Source: Acidobacteriota bacterium (GTDB taxonomy: Bacteria > Acidobacteriota > Vicinamibacteria > Vicinamibacterales > SCN-69-37). Taken from it: a stretch of 64,000 bases of DNA. The notes under the pieces were generated by a model. It did not search any database, was not told the origin of the DNA, and was given only the letters and a program-made list of their open reading frames with translations. A program made the position numbers and the translations under genes. Position 1 is the stretch's first letter; every line of letters starts with the position of its first letter. Positions 1 through 9,034 of this stretch are shown here, piece after piece. Location of the stretch: NCBI GenBank assembly GCA_016716905.1, contig JADJUS010000003.1, positions 723,710-787,709 of the forward strand. The letters are read 5' to 3'.

Positions 1-2
1 CG

Positions 3-2225
3 GCGTCGTGGCTTCCGCCACTGACGCAGCACATGAGCGACACGCTGCGTGCGGCGCTCAAGGCGCACGGGCTGCCTGCGACCGAAGCCATTGAAGTGCA
101 TGGCACGCCGCGGCGGCTGGCCGCCTGTGTGCCGTCGCTGGTCGATCGGCAGGATGACCGCGACGAGACGCTGACCGGCCCGCCTGTGTCGGCGGCGTTT
201 GGCGCCGATGGGCAGCCCACGCCGGCGGCGCTGGGGTTTGCGAAGAAACAGGGCGTGGAATTCTCGGCGCTCACGCAGGTAGAGACCCCCAAAGGGCGGT
301 ACCTCGCGTTCGAGAAAAAGAGCCGCGGCCGCGCCACCGTGGACGTGCTGCCGGACGTGCTGACGCAGTTGCTGCGCACGTTGCCGTTTCCGAAACAGAT
401 GCACTGGGACGCCGAATTGCACGACGGCAAAGGCGAGTTGTTGTTCGGACGGCCGATTCGCTGGCTGCTGTTCCTCTATGGCGGCCGTGTGGTGCCGTAC
501 ACCATCGCGCGCACCGCGCTTGCGGCGAGCGTGAAAGTGCAGGACGTCGCGTCTGGCGCCGTGACGTACGGCCATCGCTTTCTGGCCACGAGCGGGCGGG
601 CGGGCCGCGCGATCAAGGTGCGGGGCTTTGACGAATACAAGAAGAAGCTCGCAGAAAACTTCGTGTTTCTGTCGCGCATCGAGCGGCGAGACCGCATCGT
701 GCGTGAACTGGATGGCTACGCCCGCAAGATCGGCGGCCATGTGATGTTGCACGAGTCGGCGCAGGCCGAGGCGTTGCTCGACGAGGTGCCGGATCTGGTC
801 GAGTACCCGTCGGTGGTATCGGGTACGTTCTCGGCCGACTTTCTCTCGCTGCCGGCGGAAGTGCTGACGACGACCCTGATCCATCACCAGCACTACTTCC
901 CCGTGGTGGGGGCGGGCGGGGCGTTGCTGCCGGCATTCCTGGCGGTCACCAACACGCAGGGTGGCCACGACAAGGGCATTGCCACCAATGCGGGACGCGT
1001 GGTGGCGGCACGCCTGCGTGATGCGCGGTTCTTTTGGGACGCGGATCGGAAGATCGGCCTTGAAGCGCGGCTCGGCCGCCTCGATACGCTGACCTTCCAC
1101 AAGAAGCTCGGTTCGTATCGCGCCAAGTCAGACCGTGTGGCGGCGCTGGCGCGCTGGATTGCGACCGACGTGTTCCAGCAGGCCGAGGCCGAGGCCACGC
1201 ATGCCGAGCGGGCGGGCCTGCTCGCCAAAGCCGACCTGGCCACCGACATGGTGCGCGAGTTCACCGAACTGCAGGGGCAGATGGGCGGCATCTACGCGCG
1301 CGAGGGTGGTGAGCCCGAGGCCGTGTGGAAGGCCGTGTATTACCACTACCTTCCGACGGCCGTGGAACCTACCGCTGCGCCGCAGGCGGCGATCCTGGGC
1401 GCCGCACGTGTCACCTGGGCGGCCGTCGCCCTGGCGGACAAGCTCGATACGATTGCCGGGTTGTTCCATGCCGGGGAACGTCCCACGGGGTCACGCGATC
1501 CGTTTGGGCTGCGTCGCGCCGCTCACGGCGTGATTCGAATCCTCGTCGATCTTGAACCGTTGACGGGGCTGACCGTGCGCCCCGCGCTGGGCGTGCTCCT
1601 GACGCAAGCCGTGAAGGGCTATCGCCCTGTCGACGCCGAAGGCGGTGCCGAGTCGCAGGGCCACGTGATGACCGAAGAGGCGTGGGTGGAGGTCAACGCA
1701 TTTCTGCGCGAGCGGCTGGCCTACGTGCTGGAAGTCCGCGGCGCGGACCGGAGAAACGTGCGGGCCGTGTTGACCGGCGGGGCGGATCGGCCCGTGGCCG
1801 ATCTGGCGGCCAACGTGGCCGCGTTGCCGGAGTTTGCGGCGTCGGCGTCGTTCCGGGCGCTTGCGACGGCATTCAAGCGCATCAAGAACATCGCGCGCGA
1901 ACTGCCGGATGCCGAGTTCCAGCAGCAGGAACACAGCGGCGCGGCCCTGGGCACACTCCTGACAGAGCCGTCCGAACTGGCGCTGCTGGCCGAACTCGAC
2001 AAGCGGTCGGCGGTGATCGCCCAGGCGGTGGGTACCGGCCGCGGCTACCGCGAAGCCTATCTGGAAGCCTCGAAGTTTGAACCGGCGGTGGCGCAGTTTT
2101 TTACCGATGTATTTGTGATGGCCGACGACCTGACATTGCGTCAGGCGCGGCTTCGATTGATGAAGCGGTTGGAGCAATTAATCCTGCAGCTCGGAGATAT
2201 CTCCGAGATCGTGGCAGCGGAGTAG
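3..2225 (+). CDS. glyS: Glycine--tRNA ligase beta subunit, 5'-partial (frame is open back to the window edge)
   Basis: Motifs TPRRLA, F-P-K-x-M-x-W, RPIRWL, HQHYFP, EFTELQG, GSRDPFGLRR and a C-terminal DALR-like domain. Frame reads ASWLPPLTQH upstream of the ATG at 33, so the true start lies outside the window. Confidence 0.95.
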   Translation, partial: ASWLPPLTQHMSDTLRAALKAHGLPATEAIEVHGTPRRLAACVPSLVDRQDDRDETLTGPPVSAAFGADGQPTPAALGFAKKQGVEFSALTQVETPKGRYLAFEKKSRGRATVDVLPDVLTQLLRTLPFPKQMHWDAELHDGKGELLFGRPIRWLLFLYGGRVVPYTIARTALAASVKVQDVASGAVTYGHRFLATSGRAGRAIKVRGFDEYKKKLAENFVFLSRIERRDRIVRELDGYARKIGGHVMLHESAQAEALLDEVPDLVEYPSVVSGTFSADFLSLPAEVLTTTLIHHQHYFPVVGAGGALLPAFLAVTNTQGGHDKGIATNAGRVVAARLRDARFFWDADRKIGLEARLGRLDTLTFHKKLGSYRAKSDRVAALARWIATDVFQQAEAEATHAERAGLLAKADLATDMVREFTELQGQMGGIYAREGGEPEAVWKAVYYHYLPTAVEPTAAPQAAILGAARVTWAAVALADKLDTIAGLFHAGERPTGSRDPFGLRRAAHGVIRILVDLEPLTGLTVRPALGVLLTQAVKGYRPVDAEGGAESQGHVMTEEAWVEVNAFLRERLAYVLEVRGADRRNVRAVLTGGADRPVADLAANVAALPEFAASASFRALATAFKRIKNIARELPDAEFQQQEHSGAALGTLLTEPSELALLAELDKRSAVIAQAVGTGRGYREAYLEASKFEPAVAQFFTDVFVMADDLTLRQARLRLMKRLEQLILQLGDISEIVAAE

Positions 2226-2240
2226 GCGGAGTACATACAC

Positions 2241-5021
2241 ATGGCGAAGAAGACGAGCAAGACCAGCAAGACAAGCAAGACAAGCAAGAAGAAGACGACC
2301 ACGGTGGCCAAGACGAAGAAGTTTGTCTACCTGTTTGGCACAAAGACCGACGGCAATGGGTCGATGAAGCCGCTCCTGGGCGGCAAGGGCGCGAACCTGG
2401 CCGAGATGTGCCGCATCGGGCTGCCGGTGCCGCCAGGACTGACGATTACCACGGACGTCTGCACCTACTACTACGCCAACAAGCGCACGTATCCGCCGGC
2501 CCTGCGCGCGCAGATCGAGGCGGGCGTGTCCGCGCTCGAGAAGCAGACCGGCAAGAAGTTTGGTGACCTCAAGAACCCGCTGCTGGTGTCGGTGCGCTCG
2601 GGTGCGCGCGACTCGATGCCGGGCATGATGGACACCATCCTCAACCTGGGCCTCAACGCCAAGACGGTGGAGGCCCTCGCTGTGAAGACCGGCAACGCCC
2701 GCTTTGCGTGGGATTGCTATCGCCGCTTCGTGCAGATGTACGGAGACGTTGTGCTGGGCGTCCAGAAGCGTCCGGACGAGGATCACGACCCGTTCGAGAC
2801 GGTCATCCACACCCTCAAGCACGAGCGGTATCACGCCGATATCGACGACACGAAGTTGACCGTGGACGACCTGAAGGAACTGGTGGTGCGCTTCAAGGCG
2901 CTCGTCAAGACGCGTGTCCGACGCCACTTCCCCGATGCCCCCTGGGATCAGCTGATGGGCGCCGTCGGCGCCGTGTTCGGCTCCTGGATGAACGACCGCG
3001 CCATCGTCTATCGGCGCAAGTACCACATTCCCACCGAGTGGGGCACGGCGGTCAACGTGCAGGCCATGGTGTACGGCAACACGGGCGACCGGTCGGGATC
3101 CGGCGTCGCGTTTACGCGCAACCCGGCCAACGGGACCAAGGAGTTCTACGGTGAATTCCTCATCAATGCGCAGGGTGAAGACGTGGTGGCCGGCGTACGG
3201 ACGCCGGAGCCGGTGTCGGATTTGAAGAAGGTCATGCCCAAGGCGTACGCGGCGCTCGACCGCATCCGCGCCACCCTGGAGAAACACTTCAAGGACGTGC
3301 AGGACTTCGAGTTCACGATTGAAGACGACGTCGTGTATATGCTGCAGACGCGCAACGGCAAGCGGACGGCGATGGCCGCGCTCAAGTTCTCGATCGACAT
3401 GGAGAAGGAGGGGCTGATCGACTGGAAGACGGCGATCATGCGCAACCCCGCAGATCAGCTTGAGCAGTTGCTGGCGCCCGTGTTTGACGCGTCGGAAGTG
3501 AAGACCGCAAAGGTGATTGCCACCGGCCTGCCGGCCGGCCCAGGCGCGGCATCGGGCCGTATCTATCTGAACGCCGAACGGGCCGTGGACGCGGCCGCGC
3601 GCGGAGAGAAGGTGCTGCTCGTGCGCGTGGAAACGTCGCCGGAAGATCTGCGCGGCATGATTGCGGCTGAAGGCATCCTGACGGCTCGTGGCGGTGTGTC
3701 GTCACACGCGGCACTGGTGGCCCGGCAGATGGGCAAGGTGTGCGTGTGTGGCGCCGCGGCCATCCAGGTGGACTATCAGGCGCGCACCGCGCTGGTGGAT
3801 GGGCGGACGTTCACCGAGGGCGAATGGCTGTCGATCGACGGCACCGCGGGCACGGTGTATGCGGATGCGGTGAAGACCGCGCCGTCCGAGATCGTGGCCG
3901 GCCTCCTCTATGGAGACAAGGCGGCGCAACGCACCGAGAAGTTCAAGAACTTCCAGCAGCTCATGAAGTGGTGTGACAAGGCCACCCGCATGAGTGTGCG
4001 CACCAACGCCGATACGCCGGAGCAGACCGAAAACGCCGTGGCGTTTGGCGCCGTCGGTATCGGGCTCACCCGGACGGAGCACATGTTCTTCGAAGGGGAC
4101 CGCATCGACGCGATGCGCGAAATGATCCTTGCCGAGACGGCCGATGAGCGGAAGGCCGCGCTGGGCAAGTTGCTGCCGTATCAGCGGGAGGACTTTGCCG
4201 GTATCTTCCGCGCGCTCAAGGGCTACCCGGCCACCATCCGGTTCCTCGATCCGCCGCTGCACGAGTTCCTGCCGCACAGCAAGGAATCGCAGGAGGAATT
4301 GGCCCAGAAGATGGGTGTGCCCGTGGCGCGCCTCCACCAGCGTGTGGAGGGCCTGCACGAGTTCAACCCGATGCTGGGCTTCCGCGGATGCCGCCTCGGC
4401 ATCGGGTATCCCGAGATTTCCGAAATGCAGGCGCGCGCGGTCTTCGAAGCCGCCGCGCAGGTGCAGAAGGAAGGCATCAAGGTTCGGCCCGAGATCATGA
4501 TCCCGCTGGTCGGCTTCAAGCGGGAGCTCGACCTGCAGATTGAGGTCGTCCATAAGGCGGCCAAGGCGGTGCAGGCCGAGAAGAAGGTGAAACTCAACTA
4601 CCTGGTCGGCACGATGATCGAGATCCCGCGCGGGGCGCTGACCGCCGACGAGATCGCCACGTCAGCCGAGTTCTTCAGCTTCGGCACCAACGACCTGACG
4701 CAGACCGCGCTCGGGATGTCGCGTGACGACTCGGGTTCGTTCCTGCCCAACTACCAGGAACTGGAGATCGTCACGAAGAACCCGTTTGCCACCATCGACG
4801 CGGCGGGCGTGGGCCAGCTCGTCGAGATCGCGGTCAAGAAGGGACGCGCGACCCGGCCGGACCTCAAGCTCGGTATCTGCGGTGAGCACGGCGGCGACCC
4901 GGCGTCGATCTTCTTCTTTGAGTCAGTCGGGCTCGACTACGTCAGCTGCTCGCCCTTCCGTGTGCCGGTGGCGCGTCTGGCGGCGGCCCAGGCGGCGTTA
5001 AAGCAGAAGGGGAGCAACTAA
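2241..5021 (+). CDS. ppdK: Pyruvate, phosphate dikinase
   Basis: [27 protein letters not shown], phospho-His motif [23 protein letters not shown]; 926 aa. Confidence 0.97.
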   Translation: MAKKTSKTSKTSKTSKKKTTTVAKTKKFVYLFGTKTDGNGSMKPLLGGKGANLAEMCRIGLPVPPGLTITTDVCTYYYANKRTYPPALRAQIEAGVSALEKQTGKKFGDLKNPLLVSVRSGARDSMPGMMDTILNLGLNAKTVEALAVKTGNARFAWDCYRRFVQMYGDVVLGVQKRPDEDHDPFETVIHTLKHERYHADIDDTKLTVDDLKELVVRFKALVKTRVRRHFPDAPWDQLMGAVGAVFGSWMNDRAIVYRRKYHIPTEWGTAVNVQAMVYGNTGDRSGSGVAFTRNPANGTKEFYGEFLINAQGEDVVAGVRTPEPVSDLKKVMPKAYAALDRIRATLEKHFKDVQDFEFTIEDDVVYMLQTRNGKRTAMAALKFSIDMEKEGLIDWKTAIMRNPADQLEQLLAPVFDASEVKTAKVIATGLPAGPGAASGRIYLNAERAVDAAARGEKVLLVRVETSPEDLRGMIAAEGILTARGGVSSHAALVARQMGKVCVCGAAAIQVDYQARTALVDGRTFTEGEWLSIDGTAGTVYADAVKTAPSEIVAGLLYGDKAAQRTEKFKNFQQLMKWCDKATRMSVRTNADTPEQTENAVAFGAVGIGLTRTEHMFFEGDRIDAMREMILAETADERKAALGKLLPYQREDFAGIFRALKGYPATIRFLDPPLHEFLPHSKESQEELAQKMGVPVARLHQRVEGLHEFNPMLGFRGCRLGIGYPEISEMQARAVFEAAAQVQKEGIKVRPEIMIPLVGFKRELDLQIEVVHKAAKAVQAEKKVKLNYLVGTMIEIPRGALTADEIATSAEFFSFGTNDLTQTALGMSRDDSGSFLPNYQELEIVTKNPFATIDAAGVGQLVEIAVKKGRATRPDLKLGICGEHGGDPASIFFFESVGLDYVSCSPFRVPVARLAAAQAALKQKGSN
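2250..2285 (+). repeat. In-frame 9-bp tandem repeat x4 encoding (Lys-Thr-Ser)4
   Basis: aagacgagc aagaccagc aagacaagc aagacaagc read directly. Confidence 0.9.
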
Positions 5022-5029
5022 GAGCTTTC

Positions 5030-5319
5030 CACCATGAAGGACATGAAGATCCATGAAGGCGCCGGTTTGGGAGCCAGGCTTCGCCTGGCTGCGCGATCGG
5101 AGGGAACGCATGAATGAACAACGCCATTGTGGAAAGCGACCTCAGAGGTCTTACCTGAGCTGCGAGAGGACCTCTGAGGTCGTTTTCAGAAGGTGTTGTT
5201 CATTCATGCGTTCCCTCCGATCGTGCCTGCCGCCGGAGGCGGCGCCCAAACCGGTGATCGTCCCGGGGCTTCACGCGACCATCCTGGGGCTTCATGGATC
5301 TTCATGGATCTTCATGGTG
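5030..5319. repeat. ~290-bp nested inverted-repeat (cruciform) element between ppdK and corA
   Basis: Arms pair 5030-5058/5290-5319, 5060-5071/5245-5256, 5091-5125/5192-5226 and 5132-5150/5169-5187, with side hairpins at 5072-5090 and 5229-5243. Confidence 0.9.
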
Positions 5320-5337
5320 AATACCCGGTAGATACCG

Positions 5338-6303
5338 ATGATCACAGTTCTCGTGCACCGGGAAGGGCAGACGCGCCAGGTCGACGCGGTCGATCTGGCG
5401 TGGCTCGCTCCCGGGGCATCCGAGAAGCTGTGGGTCGACATCGAGCTGCCGGACGACGGTGCCAAGGATCTGCTGCAGCAGACATTCAAGTTGCACGAAC
5501 TCTCGCTTGAGGACGCGCTCAGTGAGATCCATCATCCGAAGATCGAGCTCTTCGATCACTACCTCTATCTGATCCTCCACGGCATCCTGCCGGGCGCCGG
5601 CGGGCGCGGGTTTGAGACGAACGACATCGATTTTTTTCTGGGCGATCGGTTCCTGGTGACCGTGCACCACGCGCCGTCTCGATCGATCAGCCAGGAACAG
5701 CAGTTGTGCCTGCGAAATACCTACGTGCTCGGAGAGGGGCCGGCCGGCCTCCTGCATCGCATCATCGACGCGATGGTCGATCACTACCGCCCTGAAGTGG
5801 ACGCGCTGGAAGACCGGTTGGAGGCGCTCGAAGACCGCGTGTTCGAGAACCCGCGCGAGAATCCCGTGCGCGACATCCTGACGCTCAAGCGCGATGTGTC
5901 GTCGTTGCGGCGCGTGGCGTTGCCCCAGCGTGATGCCATCGGCCGGCTGGCCCGCAGGGAGTTTGAACTCATTCCCGACGCGATGGCCTATCGCTTCCGC
6001 GACGTGTACGACCATCTCGTGCAGCTCACGGACGAAGCGATCTTCTTCCAGGATCGCGTGACGGGCCTGCTCGACGCCTACCTCTCGAGCCAGTCGAATC
6101 GGCTCAACCAGGTCATGAAGGTGTTGACCGTCATGTCCACCATCTTCCTGCCGCTCACGGTGCTCACGGGCCTGTACGGCATGAACGTCGTGATTCCCCA
6201 TCTGCCCGGGCCTGACTGGGCGCAGTTCTGGTGGATCGTCGGCATGGCCGGCGTGATCGTTGCCTCGATGCTGGCGGCCTTCCGTTGGAAGGACTGGCTG
6301 TGA
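5338..6303 (+). CDS. corA: CorA-family Mg2+/Co2+ transporter
   Basis: HPKIE, YGMN signature, two C-terminal TM helices, LNQVMKVLT. Confidence 0.93.
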   Translation: MITVLVHREGQTRQVDAVDLAWLAPGASEKLWVDIELPDDGAKDLLQQTFKLHELSLEDALSEIHHPKIELFDHYLYLILHGILPGAGGRGFETNDIDFFLGDRFLVTVHHAPSRSISQEQQLCLRNTYVLGEGPAGLLHRIIDAMVDHYRPEVDALEDRLEALEDRVFENPRENPVRDILTLKRDVSSLRRVALPQRDAIGRLARREFELIPDAMAYRFRDVYDHLVQLTDEAIFFQDRVTGLLDAYLSSQSNRLNQVMKVLTVMSTIFLPLTVLTGLYGMNVVIPHLPGPDWAQFWWIVGMAGVIVASMLAAFRWKDWL

Positions 6304-8114
6304 ACCGCATCCACCGGCTGCCGCCCGAACTCGCGAATCAGATCGCGGCCGGTGAGGTGGTCGAGCGGCCCGCATCGGTCGTCAAGGAACTGGTGGAAAA
6401 TGCGCTGGACGCCGGAGCCACGCGCATCGCGGTGGTCGTGGAGTTCGGCGGCAAGAAACTGATTTCCGTGGAAGACGACGGGATGGGGATGTCGGCGGAA
6501 GATGCGCACCTGGCCGTGGAGCGTCATGCCACGAGCAAGATTCGCGCAGCCGGCGATCTGGCCGCCATCCTGACCCTGGGATTCCGCGGCGAGGCGCTGC
6601 CGTCGATCGCGTCGGTGTCGAAGTTCCGGTTGCGCACGCGCGAGCGGGGCGCGTTGAGCGGCACCGAGATTCGTATCGATGCCGGCGTCACGGTATCGGA
6701 CCGCGAAGTGGGCGCGCCGGAAGGCACACTCATCGAGGTGTCGGACCTGTTCTACAACCTTCCCGCCCGCCGGAAATTCCTGAAGGCCGACACCGCCGAA
6801 GCGGCGCAGGTCTCGAGGCTGGTCACGCAGATGGCCCTCGGGTACCCCGAGGTGGGATTCACGCTCAGAAGCAAAGACCGCGTGCTCATTGAAGCGCCAC
6901 CCGCCGGGTCAAGTGAGGAACGCTTCTATCAAATCTACGGCGATCGCCCAGACCTCGTGCCGGTGAACAAGCAGGCCGCCGGCATGAGCGTGACCGGTTT
7001 CGCGGCCGCACTGGCGGAACAGGGACCGGTGCGTGGACCGCAGCATGTGTTCGTCAACCGGCGCCTCGTGAAGGACCGGACCATCGCGCACGCCATTCAG
7101 CAGGCCTATAGCGTGGCCACGATCAAGGAGCGCAGCCCCGAGGTGCATCTGTTCCTCGAAGTGCCGCCCGATCGCATCGACGTGAACGTGCATCCCACGA
7201 AAGCCGAGGTCCGCTTCCTCGATCAGGGCCTGGTGCACGAGGTGCTGCGCCGGGCGTTGGTGGATTCGCTGGGGCAGGGGAGCGCGCCGGAGCTGGTGCT
7301 TCGACCCGGCATGCCGGCGCCAGGGCAACCGGGCAGCACCGCGCTGCCATGGTCGTTCGAGGCCTCCCCCTCGTCAGGCATCGGCCAGGGCGTGTTCGGT
7401 ATGCGCGCCGAGGTGGAAGGCGCGCTGGCGCACGCGATCGATCAGGGCATTCCGGCGCAGTGGCCGGCGGGGCAGCCTGGCCAGCCCGACCCGCGCATGG
7501 GCCTGGTGGCCGGTCATGGTACGGTTTCGACGCTCATCAAGCCGATGGTGCCCCTGGGCCAGTTCCGTAACACCTTCATCATCGCGGTGGATGACGATGG
7601 GGTGGCGATTATTGATCAGCATGTGGCGCACGAGCGGATCCTGTTTGAGCAGATCGCCGAGCGGCTGACCACAGGGCGTGTCGAGGTGCAGGCGTTGCTG
7701 ACGCCGGTCGTGCTCGAGCTGACGTCGGGCGAGCACCAGACGCTGCTCTCGCATGTGAAGGAGCTCACGCGGGTCGGTTTCGAGTTTGAGGACTTTGGCG
7801 GCAACAGCCTGCGCATCGCGGCCGTGCCGGCGCTCCTCGACTGGAACAAATGCGAGGCGGTCCTTCGCGCGGTGGCCACCGATCTCGATGGGTTGTCGCC
7901 GGGCGCCGGCGTAGACGTCGCTCTGCGCCAGATGGCGGCGACCATGGCCTGTCACGCGGCCGTGAAGGCCAACGACCCACTCACACGCGAGAAGATGCAG
8001 TACCTGCTCGACGAACTGCGCCGCACGTCGCACTCATCCGTGTGTCCACACGGACGCCCAGTCGTCCTTCGTCTGACGCGGCGGGAAATCGAACGCAACT
8101 TCGAAAGAACCTGA
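6300..8114 (+). CDS. mutL: DNA mismatch repair endonuclease MutL
   Basis: NQIAAGEVVERP, HATSKI, LGFRGEAL, DVNVHPTK, endonuclease motifs DQHVAHERILFE, ACH, CPHGRP. Start refined to the GTG overlapping the corA stop (GTGA). Confidence 0.96.
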   Translation: MNRIHRLPPELANQIAAGEVVERPASVVKELVENALDAGATRIAVVVEFGGKKLISVEDDGMGMSAEDAHLAVERHATSKIRAAGDLAAILTLGFRGEALPSIASVSKFRLRTRERGALSGTEIRIDAGVTVSDREVGAPEGTLIEVSDLFYNLPARRKFLKADTAEAAQVSRLVTQMALGYPEVGFTLRSKDRVLIEAPPAGSSEERFYQIYGDRPDLVPVNKQAAGMSVTGFAAALAEQGPVRGPQHVFVNRRLVKDRTIAHAIQQAYSVATIKERSPEVHLFLEVPPDRIDVNVHPTKAEVRFLDQGLVHEVLRRALVDSLGQGSAPELVLRPGMPAPGQPGSTALPWSFEASPSSGIGQGVFGMRAEVEGALAHAIDQGIPAQWPAGQPGQPDPRMGLVAGHGTVSTLIKPMVPLGQFRNTFIIAVDDDGVAIIDQHVAHERILFEQIAERLTTGRVEVQALLTPVVLELTSGEHQTLLSHVKELTRVGFEFEDFGGNSLRIAAVPALLDWNKCEAVLRAVATDLDGLSPGAGVDVALRQMAATMACHAAVKANDPLTREKMQYLLDELRRTSHSSVCPHGRPVVLRLTRREIERNFERT

Positions 8115-8119
8115 GCGTC

Positions 8120-8243
8120 GTCACGACGGATCACAGGGAGATGCGGAGACACGGAGGCTTCCTGTCACGACGGATCACACGGAGACACGGAGACTTTGAG
8201 GTTTGCGGTCCCGACGGATCAGAGGAGTTGGGGAGCCACGGAG
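8120..8243 (+). repeat. Three direct repeats with exact 44-bp period (GTC[A/C]CGACGGATCA ... CACGGAG)
   Basis: Units start at 8120, 8164 and 8208; a degenerate fourth starts near 8251. Confidence 0.8.
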
Positions 8244-8288
8244 CTTTTAGGTCAGGTCAGATGACTGCGAGGCGCGGAGGCGCAGAAG

Positions 8289-8436
8289 GTTGTCAGTTGG
8301 GTGGCGCCTTGGTGTGGCGGCTCGACTGTGAGCGACGCGATTTTCGACAGGGGTAAAAACGCATCGGAAGGCCGGCGTTTTTTCCGCGTCGTCGAACCGG
8401 AGAGCCGGCGCACCAAGGCGCCATCCAACTGACGAC
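8289..8436. repeat. 148-bp long-stem hairpin element (35-bp outer stem, branched interior)
   Basis: 8289-8323 pairs with 8402-8436 (3 G-U, 1 G-G); inner stems 8332-8339/8385-8392 and 8355-8362/8375-8382. Confidence 0.85.
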
Positions 8437-8488
8437 ATAGACCGTGTGACGCCGAATACAATTCCCGCATGACTGTTGCGAGAGTGGC

Positions 8489-9034
8489 GTGATGTCTGAG
8501 GAACTGCTCACCGAGCGGTTGATCCTGCGGCGTCCGGCGCTTGCTGACGCGCAAGCGATCTTCGACCGGTATGCCAGCGATCCCGAGGTGACGCGATATC
8601 TGGCGTGGCCAACTCATCGATCGCTCGCGGATACGGAAGCCTTCCTCGCGTTCAGCGACAGCGAGTGGGCCAGGTGGCCTGCCGGGCCGTTGCTCGCGTT
8701 CCTCAAGTCCGATGGCCGGCTGGTCGGAAGTACAGGGTTGGGGTTCGAATCGCTCCATGAGGCTTCGACCGGTTTCGTGCTGGCCAGGGACGCTTGGGGG
8801 CAGGGGTACGCCACTGAGATCGCGACGGTGATGGTGGAGTTGGCCGCGGCCCTTGGCGTGGGGCGCCTGAAGGCCTTCTGTCACCACGGGCACGTGGCGT
8901 CCCGACGGGTCCTGGAAAAGGCTGCCTTCAGGCAAGAGGGTGTATTGCCCAGGCACGTGGTCTTTCCGAATCTTTCCGCAGATCCGCAGGACGTCTGTTT
9001 GTACAGATTCGAGCCTGGAGCGTCTCCGTCGTGA
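8489..9034 (+). CDS. GNAT (RimJ/RimL-type) N-acetyltransferase
   Basis: TERLILR, WGQGYATE (R/Q-x-x-G-x-A acetyl-CoA loop), ASRRVLEK-x-x-F-x-x-EG. Confidence 0.88.
   Translation: MMSEELLTERLILRRPALADAQAIFDRYASDPEVTRYLAWPTHRSLADTEAFLAFSDSEWARWPAGPLLAFLKSDGRLVGSTGLGFESLHEASTGFVLARDAWGQGYATEIATVMVELAAALGVGRLKAFCHHGHVASRRVLEKAAFRQEGVLPRHVVFPNLSADPQDVCLYRFEPGASPS

Noticed and set aside
5030-5319. Mg2+ (M-box/ykoK) riboswitch upstream of corA
   Set aside because: The position is tempting, but the element is near-perfect long inverted repeats with no terminator/antiterminator pair that I can see and no M-box features I recognise. An Rfam search is needed to exclude it fully.
4942-5510. Small ORFs 4942-5127(-), 5053-5331(+) and 5193-5510(+) as type I toxin-antitoxin peptides
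   Set aside because: Their shared LFIHAFPPI text is just the mirror of the palindrome; there is no hydrophobic toxin-like helix or RBS.
8120-8243. CRISPR array
   Set aside because: Only three units, a conserved part of ~14 nt, intervening sequences resemble each other, the 44-bp period is too short, and there are no cas genes.
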